The notes beneath the pieces are model-generated. The model was not told where the DNA came from. It saw nothing but the letters and a program-made list of their open reading frames with translations, and did no database searches. From NCBI RefSeq assembly GCF_036321535.1, contig NC_087459.1, forward strand, positions 5,890,001-5,954,000: a stretch of 64,000 nt of DNA, read 5' to 3'. Every line of letters starts with the position of its first letter. The first letter of the stretch is position 1. This DNA comes from Camelus dromedarius (taxonomy: Eukaryota). The translations under genes were made by a program, and so were the position numbers. Positions 25,335-36,924 of this stretch are shown here, piece by piece.

Positions 25335-25765
25335 GTTAATTTACTTAATAAATATTTATTGACTACCTACCAGGAGCCAAGCTGTAAAAATAACATTACC
25401 ACGCTCACGACCTGGAGTAAAGTAACTAAGACACAGAGTGGTAAGGGAGGGGAAGATTTCTTCTGGTTAAAAAACATCAGGGAAGATTTGCAGAAGCTCT
25501 AAACAATGAGCCAGGTCTTGAGTGACACACACAGAAACCTAAAAGCAAACAGAGATGACCATGGGCAGATACCAGCTGTTAACAGCAAGTGGGAGGCAGT
25601 GGAAAAGAGGACAATTGGGGGGAAAGGTGGTGATTCGTTCCAGATGAAGCCAAGGGGTTAGGGGAGGGGGATGAGTTCATTCCTCAGTCACTCACTCACT
25701 CATTCATTCACTCACTCACTCATTCATATACCCATTCAACAAGTGAGCACCTATGCTATTCCTGG
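25335..25765 (-). mobile_element. L2 fragments with (CACT/CATT)n tail
   Basis: ttaataaatatttattgactacctaccaggagcc at ~25345; cactcactcactcattcattc...caacaagtgagcacctatg at 25685-25755. Confidence 0.6.
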
Positions 25766-25796
25766 GAAAGTGATTTTCCTCCAGACACTTACTTTT

Positions 25797-26093
25797 TTTT
25801 TTTAAACATTTTTTTATTGATTTAGAATCATTTTACAATGTTGTATCAAATTCCAGTGTAGAGCACAATTTTTCAGTTATACATGAACATATATATATTC
25901 ATTGTCACCTTTTTTTCTCCGTGAGCTACCATAAGATCTCGTATATATTTCCCTGTGCTATACAGTATAATCTTATTATCTATTCTACGATTTTGAAATC
26001 CCAGTCTATCCCTTCCCACCCTCCACCCCCTTGGCAACCACAAGTTTGTACTCTATGTCTATAAGTCTATTTCTGTTTTGTATTTATGCTTTG

Positions 26094-26129
<36 letters not shown>

Positions 26130-26344
26130 TTTTTTTAGATTCCACATATGAGCAACCTCATATGGTATTTTTCTTTCTCTTTCTGGCTTACTTCACTTAG
26201 AATGACAATCTCCAGGAGCATCCATGTTGCTGCAAATGGCGTTATGTTGTTGGTTTTTATGGCTGAGTAGTATTCCATCATATAAATATACCACATCTTC
26301 TTTATCCAGTCATCTGTTGATGGACATTTAGGCTGTCTCCATGC
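25797..26344 (-). mobile_element. Young camelid-type L1 3' end
   Basis: T-tail then ttgatttagaatcattttacaatgttgtatcaaattccagtgtagagcac; perfect 12-bp TSD acacttactttt at 25785-25796 and 26345-26356. Confidence 0.93.
26098..26125. repeat. (TG)14 microsatellite
   Basis: Uninterrupted tg repeat inside the L1. Confidence 0.97.
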
Positions 26345-26529
26345 ACACTTACTTTTCGAGGGGATCCTGGAATGCTTTCCATGTTGGCCTAAGGATGTTG
26401 TGTAGCCTCAACAAGGAGCCATAAAGCTTTGACACAGAGAATTACTCAGAAAAGCTGGGTTCTAGAGAAACTGATCAGCAAGAGAGACATGAGAGCAAGA
26501 ACAGAAGCAGGAAAACACGTGTGAAAGCG

Positions 26530-26932
26530 TGTTAGTTTGCTTGGGTTGCCTTCACAAAGGACCACAAACTGGGTGGCTCAAATAACTGAAATGTATCATT
26601 GCACAGAAATTCTGGAGGCTAGAATTCAAAAATCAAGGTGTGGGCAGGGTGAGTTCCTTCTGCAGGTGGTGAGGGAGGGCCCATCCCACACCTCTCCCCT
26701 AGTTGCTGGAAATCGATGGCATCTCTTGGCTTGTGGCAGCCTTACTCCAATCTCCCATCCCAATTCCCTTTTTATAAGGATACCTAGTCATACCGCATTA
26801 GGGCTCCCCCTAATGACTTCATTTTAACTTGGTTACCCTTGTAAATACCTATCTCTAAATAAGACCACATTCTGAAGTACCAGGGGTCAAGACCCCAACA
26901 TATGTTTTGAGGGGGCACAATATGCAACCCAT
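26530..26932 (-). mobile_element. MLT1B/C-like LTR
   Basis: gttagtttgcttgggttgccttcacaaaggaccacaaactgggtggctc...ctggaggctagaattcaaaaatcaaggtgtggg...atgacttcattttaacttgg...tgcaacccata. Confidence 0.8.
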
Positions 26933-27149
26933 ATGGAAAGTCTCTGTTCTCCAGCTGATCTGATCAGGTCATGGACTTCGGAAACTTTCCTTCCATCTTT
27001 TTTTTTTTTTTTTTTTTTTTTACCCAATAAATCAGCAAATGATCATTCTATAACAGAGAAAAAAATTCATTTAAAAAGAAGTTATGGTTACCACAATAAG
27101 AGAAGCAAAGAAAGTTCAAAAGAACATGATGGAATTGAGAAGGAAGGGG

Positions 27150-28100
27150 AGATACTGAGAGTGAAATGAATAGGGCTGAGTAGCCAATTGGATGATGGGG
27201 GGAAAGGCAGGGAGTCCCCCCAAAATGAGGCAGAAAGTGACGACTAAAACTTATTGCAATAAATCAGCGAAGCCAGGGAACACCGAGAATGAACAAAGAG
27301 GGGAGAGGAAGGAAGATGAGTTTGGTCTCGAGTGTGAGTCACCAGCAGGTAACCCAGGAGCTGACGCGTAGAAATCAAATGCCAATTCCAAGAGCCATCA
27401 GGGTCACGCTGGAAATTTCCAAGCAAGTAAGGTAAACGCTCAGTGTTTCAGTGTTTCTCCCACAAAAAAGTAGCAATATTTTTTCTCTCATAAGCTATCT
27501 GGGAGGATTAGAGGAGTTTACACAGGAAGAGCACGGAGAACAGGGTCTGACACGCAGCGGGCAGTGATTGGCCCAGATCCAGGGTGAAAGTGGAAAAGGC
27601 AAGGGATGGTGAAGAAGTTCGTTCGGGAGAACATTCCAGAGGACTGCCTGCCTTTGCCCACGTCTGGGAGGAGACACACCAGATGGAGACGGAGACTTAA
27701 CATGAGATCTGAAGTGATGCAGAGACTCGGTTTCGAAAAAGACATAACGGGCAGAGACTGGACTAGCTGGGTGGTCAGCGCCGGCTGACGCTGCAGACAG
27801 AGCGGGAGACTCAGGGCTGAGAACAGGCACTGATGGTGGAGCCGCGCTCGGTGACTTTCGGGACAGTCATGCCGGCAGAGCAGGAAGTGGAGTGGTCTGA
27901 CTGAAGGGGGTGGAGAGGAGGAGGAAACAGGGGACCGGAGACAAGAATTTGAGATACAGACTGCTCTTTCTCAGAAGTGAGAAGGGAAACCTCGCTTGAG
28001 GAGGTGAAAGGCTCCAAGGATGCTCTCATTATAGGATCAGGTGCTCACCAGCGAGCAGGGACAAGGCTGACTGTGTCTCTGAGACACAGGAGAATAGAGA
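27150..28100 (-). mobile_element. L2 (internal and 3' portion)
   Basis: Purine-rich L2 antisense pattern, e.g. gatggtggagccgcgctcggtgactttcgggacagtc, gaggtgaaaggctccaagg. The ORFs at 27495-28240 overlap it. Confidence 0.55.
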
Positions 28101-28718
28101 GAAAGGTTGTAGATGGATGCGAAGGAGCTGGGATCAAAATGGGGAGGGGGGCAATCTTTTTTTGCTTAATTACTGCATCACCTCCCCAAAGGAATAACTG
28201 CTCAGTCAAATGGCCAGGGGACATCTGGGGACATGAATGAATGTTCCTGCCCTGGAGAAGAAAATAGAAGCATTACCAATGAAAGGGGTGTAGAAATTCA
28301 CAAACTTTCAGGCAATAGTAGCTTAACAAGCAAAGACTGGGTAAGACCTGATTCTCTCCGGCAGGAAAATGCTGGATGCTAGGGCGGCACGCCTACCACA
28401 CATGCAGGGCAATACAAGGAAAACCATGACAGCAGAAGACCGTTTCAGAAGACAAAGGAGCACAATGCCCTCTGCACATTGTCCAGCTGAAGCCTGGGAG
28501 GAGCATCTGCTTCCTCCACCCTCAACAACACTGTCTTTGAAGAACCTGACAGCCGCACCTGCAAGGAGAGGGAAATGATGGAATTCTACCCATCATCCCC
28601 TCCATCCTTCCTCCTTGGCTTTCTTCCACCTGAGAAGAAAGGACAAGGGACAAGATACGTGGTGGGATAAAAATGGAGAATGGGCGGGGGAGAAAGAGAA
28701 ATAAAATAGATACATATG

Positions 28719-29351
28719 ATCCAGCAGTCCCACTCCTGGGCGTATATCTGGAGAAAACTCTAATTCAAAAAGATACATGCACTCCAATGTTCATAACAGC
28801 ACTATTTAAATAGCCAAGNNNNNNNNNNNNNNNNNNNNNNNNNNNNNNNNNNNNNNNNNNNNNNNNNNNNNNNNNNNNNNNNNNNNNNNNNNNNNNNNNN
28901 NNNNNNNNNNNNNNNNNNNNNNNNNNNNNNNNNNNNNNNNNNNNNNNTAGAGATTATCATACTAATTGAAGTAAGTCAGAAAGAGAAAGACAAACACCAT
29001 ATGACATCACTTATATATGGAATATTTTAAAATGAGAAAAATGAGCTTATTTACAAAACAGAAACAGATTCACAGACATGGAAAACAAACTTACGGTTAC
29101 CAAAGGGGAAAAGGGATGGGGGAAAGATAAATTTGGAGTTTAGGATTGGGATTAACAGATACAAACTACCACATGTAAAATAGACAAATAAGGCCCTACT
29201 GTATAGCACAGAGAACTATGTTTAATAGCTTGTAATAACCTATAATGAAAAAGAAAAAAATATATATTATATATGTATACTTGAATCACTATGCTGTACA
29301 CCTGAAACTAACACAACATTGTAAATCAACTATACTTCAATTTAAAAAAGG
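28719..29351 (+). mobile_element. L1 3' end (L1_Art-like), contains a 129-N gap (28819-28947)
   Basis: atccagcagtcccactcctgggcgtatatctggag...caactatacttcaatttaaaaa; TSD agatacatatg at 28708-28718 and 29352-29362. Confidence 0.92.
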
Positions 29352-29984
29352 AGATACATATGCAGAAATGAAGACAAAGATAATGACAAAGAGGATGAGG
29401 GAGGAAAATAAGAAGAGATTGGTGAGAAAAGGTTGAGTGAACAAGATAAACCATCTAATGAAAAACTAGAGAAGAAAGAAGGAAGTAGTTCTATGGATGA
29501 TGGCCATAAGCCTGAGGTATCTTTTGGGCTACTTCATTGGGTTTCTTTGTACAAAATCCACAGGAGTCTGAGACAAGAGGGCTCTTGGGATTCACTAGTG
29601 TAATAATATCTAAAACACAAAAGCATAACCCGACTCTTGGCTGAACGGTATGGAGTCGCCATGCTGTAAGGTACCTGAATCTTGAAGCAGCCTTAACCCC
29701 TCCCTACATGCTGCTCAAAGCCATCCTGAGCATCCCTGACGAGGAGACGCAGGACGGACCACACAACCGGAAGCAGCAGCAGAGTCAGGCTCTCGCCTGG
29801 GTCTGAAGGGCACTAAATTCCATGCTTCTAATCATTAAACTTCACTACTTCCTACGACAGTCCTATCACTCAGGAAAATAGAAAGAGTTGCCTCACGCTT
29901 CATTACCCTGAGAGCTATTAATTCCAATGGGCGGGGGGGGGGGGGTGACCTTTGTCTCAGTCCTCGGGACGGTGGAATTTGGCT

Positions 29985-30120
29985 GTACAAGTCAGTGAGT
30001 TAACACATGCAAAGTCCTCACCACAGGGCCTGGAGCACAGTAAGCTGTACAGAGAACTGCTGGCAGCAACAAAAACAATGAAAAGAGTGATAAAGAGCAA
30101 GAATAAATACACATAATAAT
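29985..30120 (+). mobile_element. MIR
   Basis: gtgagttaacacatgcaaagtcctcaccacagggcctggagcacagtaagc. Confidence 0.55.
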
Positions 30121-30184
30121 AATACATGATAATGCCATGTATAATACATGGCAAACAGATCCAAGGTGTCTCCTGGTGCTCACA

Positions 30185-30595
30185 CCTTTTTATGATGCCC
30201 TCCCCTTGAGTGTGCGAAAGACCTGTATCTTGCTTCTAAGCAATAAGATGCAGCAAGGGTGATGGGATTGCGCACCCATAATTCTGTTATGCTATGACTC
30301 CACCTTGCAGGGAGACTTGACCGAGTCCTTCTCTCTCCTTTTGCTGGAACTGAAGAAACAAAATGTCATGAATCCTACAGCAGCGAAGAGCTGAATGTTG
30401 TCACAGGAATACACGAGCAGGGAGGTGGCTCCTTCCCCAGCTGAGCAGCCAGATGAGAATCCAGCCCTGGCTGACACCTTGACTTCAGCCTTCTGAAACC
30501 CTAAACAGAGGACCTGGATCAGCCATGCACAGTCTTCTGAGCCACAAAATCATGAGAAGGAGGAAAAATAAATGTGTATTTATTAAAACAGTAAT
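30185..30595 (+). mobile_element. MLT1E/F-like LTR
   Basis: ctccccttgagtgtgc...cttgcttctaagcaataagat...ccccagctgagcagccagatgagaatccagccctggctgacaccttg...gacctggatcagccatgc. Confidence 0.75.
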
Positions 30596-30600
30596 AGTAC

Positions 30601-31690
30601 TAGGGCCAGCTACATAATTTGCAGAAGCCAATGCAAAATGAAAATGTGGGTCTGTTACCAAAAAATTATGTAACATGTCAAGATGGCCACACCAGTCAGA
30701 ATGGCCATCATTAAAAAGTCCANNNNNNNNNNNNNNNNNNNNNNNNNNNNNNNNNNNNNNNNNNNNNNNNNNNNNNNNNNNNNNNNNNNNNNNNNNNNNN
30801 NNNNNNNNNNNNNNNNNNNNNNNNNNNNNNNNNNNNNNNNNNNNNNNNNNATATGATCCAGCAATACCATTCCCAGGCATATATCCAGAGGAAACTCTAA
30901 TTCAAAAAGATACANNNNNNNNNNNNNNNNNNNNNNNNNNNNNNNNNNNNNNNNNNNNNNNNNNNNNNNNNNNNNNNNNNNNNNNNNNNNNNNNNNNNNN
31001 NNNNNNNNNNNNNNNNNNNNNNNNNNNNNNNNNNNNNNNNNNNNNNNNNNNNNNNNNNNNNNNNNNNNNNNNNNNNNNNNNNNNNNNNNNNNNNNNNNNN
31101 NNNNNNNNNNNNNNNATTTGCAGAAACATGGATGATTATCATACTAAGTGAAGTAAGTCAGACAGAGAAAGACAAACACCATATGATATCACTTATATGT
31201 GGAATCTAAAAAAATGAGGCAAATGAACTTGTTTATAAAACAGAAACAGACTCACAAACATGAGACCAAACTTGTGATTACCAGGGAGAAGAGGGGGTGG
31301 AGGGATAAATTGGGAGTCCGGAATTTGCAGATACTAAGTACTATATATAAAATAGATAAACACGAAGGTCCTATTGTAGAGCACAGGAACTATATTCAGT
31401 ACCTTATAAAAATCTACAATGGAAAAGAATATGAAAAGGTATATATATATGTGTGTATATATATATATATACACACATATATATATGAATATATATCTGA
31501 ATCACTATGCTGTACACCAGAAATTAAGACAACATTGTAAACCGACTATACTTAAATAAAAAATTAAAATTAAAATTAAAAATATTTTTTTAAATAAAAT
31601 ATCAAGATGGCAACCAAAGAATATTAAACCAAAGTCAGGGCCCCCCTGGTCACAGGGCCTTAACCATCCAGGTCATACACCCATGATTCT
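30601..31690. mobile_element. MER45A-like MITE split by an L1 insertion (halves 30601-30687 and 31602-31690)
   Basis: Left half tagggccagctacataatttgc...tcaagatggc; right half tcaagatggcaaccaaagaatattaaaccaaag...ggtcatacacccatg. The halves are collinear with the intact copy at 20051-20210. Confidence 0.75.
30688..31601 (+). mobile_element. L1 3' end (ORF2 C-terminus and 3' UTR), two N-gaps (30723-30850, 30915-31115)
   Basis: cacaccagtcagaatggccatcattaaaaagtc (TPVRMAIIKKS)...gactatacttaaataaaaa; 10-bp TSD tcaagatggc at 30678-30687 and 31602-31611. Confidence 0.93.
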
Positions 31691-31814
31691 GAATAACATG
31701 TATTTAATTTAACGTCAATATTACCAATAGAACTAGAATTCAAATGTGGGTCTGTTGGACTTCAAGGATCTTGAAAATACAGCACAGGGTTGAAAAGACG
31801 ATGTGAGGCCACCA

Positions 31815-32015
31815 GCCAGACTGCCCAGGATGGAGCCTTTACCCTAGCACTGATAAGCTGGATGTCCCTGGGAAAAGTGCTCACCATAACTGAGCCTCTG
31901 CTCACTGCGTATAAAATGGAGACAGCAGCCTGCAGCTCCAAGTGCTGTCAGGAATCAGCAATGGATGTTGAGCACTTGGAACAGTGTCTGGCACGTAGTA
32001 GGAATTCAATAAAGT
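31815..32015 (+). mobile_element. MIR
   Basis: gataagctggatgtccctgggaaaagtgctc...tataaaatggagacagcagc...gaacagtgtctggcacgtagtaggaattcaataaa. Confidence 0.7.
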
Positions 32016-32233
32016 GCAGACATCTTTATGAAGTGAACCCCACTCTATATTCCCTAATTATTTGCCACCGACGGAAATTTGTATGCATCTGTGGGAGCTC
32101 CAGCAGATTTAGGGAATAATCACCTATTGATGTGATTCATGAAAGTACCTGGGTAGAGGAAATATGATAGATTAGATTCTTTGAAATGTCTCGGATCAGA
32201 AGCAAAGCAAAAAAGCAAGTTGGGAGTCTCCAA

Positions 32234-32413
32234 NNNNNNNNNNNNNNNNNNNNNNNNNNNNNNNNNNNNNNNNNNNNNNNNNNNNNNNNNNNNNNNNNNN
32301 NNNNNNNNNNNNNNNNNNNNNNNNNNNNNNNNNNNNNNNNNNNNNNNNNNNNNNNNNNNNNNNNNNNNNNNNNNNNNNNNNNNNNNNNNNNNNNNNNNNN
32401 NNNNNNNNNNNNN
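32234..32413. other. Sequence gap (180 N)
   Basis: Run of N. Confidence 0.99.
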
Positions 32414-33479
32414 CCGCACGATAAACTTACTTGATTAAAAGCAACAGCACTTCTCTGTGTGTGGAAAGCCAGAGGTACAGATGCCGCCTTGTGATGCGTT
32501 GGGAATTTTTGGAGGCTGCGTCAGAATTTTGAAGAGAAATGCTTCCTTATGAATAAAACACACCATCAGCTCCTTTTGTGCACTCTGTCTTCGTGGGCCC
32601 TGTAAAGGTGTTTCTAGATACTTGCGATGTATAATTTACATCCAATTAGTTTAGACCTGAGCTCTGCAGAAATGCACACAACTCAGGCATTCCTTAAAAA
32701 AATGGGTAGTTTCTAGGGAAACTAGAAGGGGGTCAGGAAATAGACATCATAACAAATTGAAGCATCAGCCCTCACCCTTGCAATTCTCCATGCTTTTTTT
32801 TTTTTTTCCTCTGTAATTACATCAGTGGTTCTCAACACTTTTTTTCCTACCCCAGAACACCTGAGATACATGACACAGTCCCACCTGTAACTGGAATCCT
32901 CTTACGTGTTGGAGAAAGTTGTGTTTCAGAAGCACTGCCAGGTTTGGACAATAGGGGGCGCTGGCACAGGGGAGGGGGCGGCGTTACCAGAAGATACACC
33001 TTTGTTTGCTGGGGAAGCAAGTACATATAGCCTCCATATCTGTGTCTCAAAAGCCTTGCTTCCACATGACTTCTTCTAATAGATCTGTCATCATTATCTT
33101 AACAACCATCCGGTCAACACAGCACCTAAGGCAACTGTGAAAAAGGTCCCCCCCAAAATGCCACTGTTGGTGGTTCCTCTGCTACCCTCTGCCACTCTTC
33201 TTAGCTTTTCCTTGTTTAAATCTACCCCCTCTTCTTCCTTTACGATTAGTCACCATTTGATTGGCTAGTAAGTCTCCATGTTTCCTTCGCATAGCCTGAT
33301 GGGTCCAGGCAGGTTTCTTTTAACTATCTTTCACTCCGAACACACAGATCAATGCTTTCATCCAAATATCCAGCAAATTTCATATTCATCCCTGAGCCTG
33401 TTGATTCAGTCACCCTCCTCATTTGCCTCAAAATGATGATAGTATTAGGGGTGACACTAGCAATCTTTTATATATTCCT

Positions 33480-33628
33480 GGGGTGGGGGCACAGCCCAGT
33501 GGCAGAGCTCATGCCTAGCATGCACGAGGTCCTAGGTTCAATCCGCGGTACTTCCATCAAAAAATAAATTACTAAGTCCCATTACCTCTCCCAACAAAAT
33601 TTTACAAATAAAATAAATAAAAATAAAA
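33480..33628 (+). mobile_element. Camelid tRNA-derived SINE (Vic-1-like)
   Basis: A-box-like acagcccagtggcagagc and B-box ggttcaatcc in gcatgcacgaggtcctaggttcaatcc; A-rich tail; TSD ttttat(a/g)tattc at 33466-33477 and 33629-33640. Confidence 0.9.
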
Positions 33629-34269
33629 TTTTATGTATTCTCACTACTCTTGCCCATTAAAGCAAGCAAAATGAACAACACTGCAGTGAGCTCTGTGCCC
33701 TCTGTCCTCGCTTTGTCCTGCGGGAACAGAGACTAGAGAAACTTGATCTGGAGCTGATGCTTTCCAATAGAGAACCAGGTATTTGGACTCAGAGCACCCT
33801 TTTTGCAGATGGAAACCTGTAAGTCAGTGCACTGGAGTGTTGCGTAGATGAGCCATTTCTGACCCCTCAGCCCATCAGAACTCAGGGATCATGGCCTGTC
33901 TAGGGTAGAGTGCTGGGGACCGAACCCCTCCACACTCTTGAAAGAGACTCTGAGTTCAAGCACAGGATGACCAAGCAGGCCACCAGGAGGGGCAACAATT
34001 CCCAGGCAGCCCCCTCCACTCCATCTCTGTCTGCCCCATGCTAGCAGGGCACAGCCAATGTCACATCTTCGGTCTCTACCACTTCCCACGGGACCAGGCA
34101 GCACTCGCAGGTCTCCCCAGCTGGTAGTGAGTTATGACAATATCCCCAAATGAGACATTCAATTATGCAAGACTGTTGAGTGAATGTAAGCCAGATACTG
34201 GGACAGGCTCGTGGGATGCAGTGCTGAGCTAAACCAGATAGACCCCACGTGCCTGGTGCTCGCAAACCC

Positions 34270-34960
34270 AAATCACATAACCACACAAGTAAATGTGAAA
34301 CTGCAGTTATAAATGCTGCAGGCTAGAGGTATTGGATACTGTAGGAAATAATAAATTAGAAAAGAAGAATGACCTCTAATTTGAGCTGGGGTCTAAAAAG
34401 ATAAGTTGGATCTAGACCAGGTAAGCAAAGATGTGCGTGTGTGTGTCATCAGTCTGTGTATGAGTGTGCGTGTGTGTGTGACTGCCTACATGTGTGAGTG
34501 CACGTGTGTCAGCGTGTATATGAGCACCTATGTGCATCTGAATCTTGGAATGGAGCACATGAGGCAGGAAACACAGGATGAAGACCCACTTTATGGCAGA
34601 ATCAACCAGGGTGTGTCTGAGCAAATGAGAGAAAGAAATCTGTCAGGACTGCAAAGCGTGTGAGCAAGGTGAAGGTGCAGAGACGTGGTCTTGCAGATGG
34701 TAGGAAGCACTCTGGCCTTTATTCAAAGAGCAAGGAGAAGCCACGAAAGTGTCTGAAGTGGGGAGTGAAATAACATTTGGGTGTAAAAGAGATCTCTCCA
34801 ACTTTGATCAGGAAATCGATGGCGAGGGTGAGAGCAGAGGCAGCAGGGCTTGGGAAGTTCTCTTGGGAGTCAACGCAGCATTGATCGACACTAGCTTATA
34901 TCGGGGTAGTGGCACCGGAGGTGGTGACATCCAGTAAGGCAGGAATATGAGTGGCAGAAT
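34270..34960 (-). mobile_element. L2 with internal degenerate (TG)n
   Basis: aagaatgacctctaatttgagctgggg...ctctggcctttattcaaagagcaaggagaagcc...; TG-rich tract ~34435-34530. Confidence 0.6.
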
Positions 34961-35644
34961 TATGACTTATTTATTCAGCCAGAAACGCACGGGAGACACT
35001 AAAGACACATAAAGCTGAATAACACCGTCTCTGCCTCTGAAACTCACATTCCAAGACAGACCAGCATGGAAGCCAATCACAGCCACCCCAGCAAGGGCAG
35101 CAGAAGATGGCCCAACCCACTCTGCCCAGCTGGTGAGCAGTCGGGAACCCCGTCGGCACAGGAGATGAGCCATGTGACAGTGGATATGACAGCCTGTCTC
35201 GCCAGAGGGCAGAGCCCCATGAAAAATGGGCCCCAGGACCACAGACGTTCTCTCTTCCAGTCCCATAGCTCCAGAGATGTTTGTAAAGGATTTGGAAGCT
35301 AATAACTTGCTTCCTCTGCAGCACCTGCTTAAAAAAAAAAAAACCACGCAACTAAACACATGACAGAGGCCTCCGGGAAAGCAATGTCTCCCACTGTCTT
35401 ACTCAGTTTTACTTATGCATCGATACGCTTACTGCATATCCATCTCCATGCAGGTGCTTTGAAACGGCTGTAATGTACACGGCCGAAGAGCCGGAAGTAC
35501 CAGTCACGCGGTGTGCGGCTTCCAGTAGCTAACCGTCCATCCTCATGTGAAATGGCGCATTGATGCCACGTACATTTGTAGTGTTCTCACCGGTCTGTTC
35601 TCTCCAAAGAGGGACAGGACCCACACCAGTGAGCACCACATTCG

Positions 35645-35900
35645 TCAGAGGAGACAAGGCTGTCCTGCAGTAGCAAATAACCCCCAAAACTTAGTGGATT
35701 AACACAGCAAATGGTAATGTCCTGATCAGACAAAACAAGCCCTTTACTCCAAGATGCTTCATCTCATTCCTGCGGTAACTTTATCTCAACACGTGCTTCT
35801 ATGGGGGAAGAAAGAATGGAGAAGTCACAACATGGCATTGAGCAAAGCCAGTCACACAACCGCACCTGACCAGAAGGATCCTGAAAACACGGGGCACAAA
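35645..35900 (-). mobile_element. Old MLT1 LTR fragment
   Basis: aggctgtcctgcagtagcaaataacccccaaaacttagtggattaacacagcaa...ccagtcacacaaccgcacctgacc. Confidence 0.5.
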
Positions 35901-36694
35901 TGGAATGTCTGTTCAGCATTAATGTTTGTGTCAAAAGTACCCCCCCGAATCATTAAATCTCCGTCACAACATCCTCCCCAGTCCTCCTCCCCCAACCAGG
36001 GAACAGTTTCCAGGGTAATAAGATATTTTTCTTCTCCCTCCATTGGTGCTTAAAAACCAGTAAAGAGTATCTGGCTCCTTTGTGAGCTAACGCATGTTAA
36101 GCTTCTCTGTGGCAAAATAAAATAATGAGAATAAACAATATATGCTCTGGAAAACTAATTAAAGAGCAAGCTCAAATCATCATGAAGCCAGATCAGTTTT
36201 AAGTAAAGCTTCTTAAGTGTCATTATCTGCGAGACGTGCATGGAAAGTGTTTTGTGAATCCCCCCCCCCCCACCCCATCCTTTAACCTCTCAAACAGCCT
36301 CCTACAGAGAGCCGAAGAGTGGCAGGAGACGGTGGTGATGATGCCAGCCCGTGTGAGGCTCTCCAAATTTATGAAGGGTGATTACATAACTATGATGAGA
36401 ATGAACTTTTCTCACTTTCTACAGAAAGCTAATGGGAAAGAAATGAGCTTTTATAACTCCAGCATGAACAAATTAGATTAGTCAGTAAAATAACTTAACG
36501 ACCTAAGACAGGAGCTATGTATCGATATGGTGCATGGCAAAAGGATCCATTCGGTACTGCCTGCCCTCCCGGTTCTGCCTGCTCTGGGTGCCATCTGGGG
36601 AGTGGGGCAGAACCGTAGGTTTCTGCCCTCAGCTGCTTGGTATCAGAACGTCTGAGGGTGGGTTTCCCTGAAACAATTATTCTAGAGCAGCGGG

Positions 36695-36912
36695 TAGCAA
36701 GCAGTTTCTGGGAAGGGCCAGATAATAAACAGTTTAGGCTTTGCTGGTCATTACAGTTTCTGTCTCAACTCCTCGATTCTTATCCCAGTGCACAAGCAGC
36801 CGTAGACAATGTGTCAATAAATCGGTATGGCTATGCATCAATAACGTGCGACTTACAAAAACGGGTGGTGGGCCAGACTGGGTCCCTGGGCCATAGTCGG
36901 CTAACCTCTGCT
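36695..36912 (+). mobile_element. MER58A hAT MITE
   Basis: aagggccagataataaacagtttaggctttgctggtc...gcagccgtagacaat...gtgggccagactggg...ccatagtcggctaacctctg. Confidence 0.85.
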
Positions 36913-36924
36913 TTAGAGTTTTTC

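Noticed and set aside
33480-33560. tRNA-like A/B boxes (also 40790-40862)
   Set aside because: These are SINE heads with tails and TSDs, not tRNA genes.
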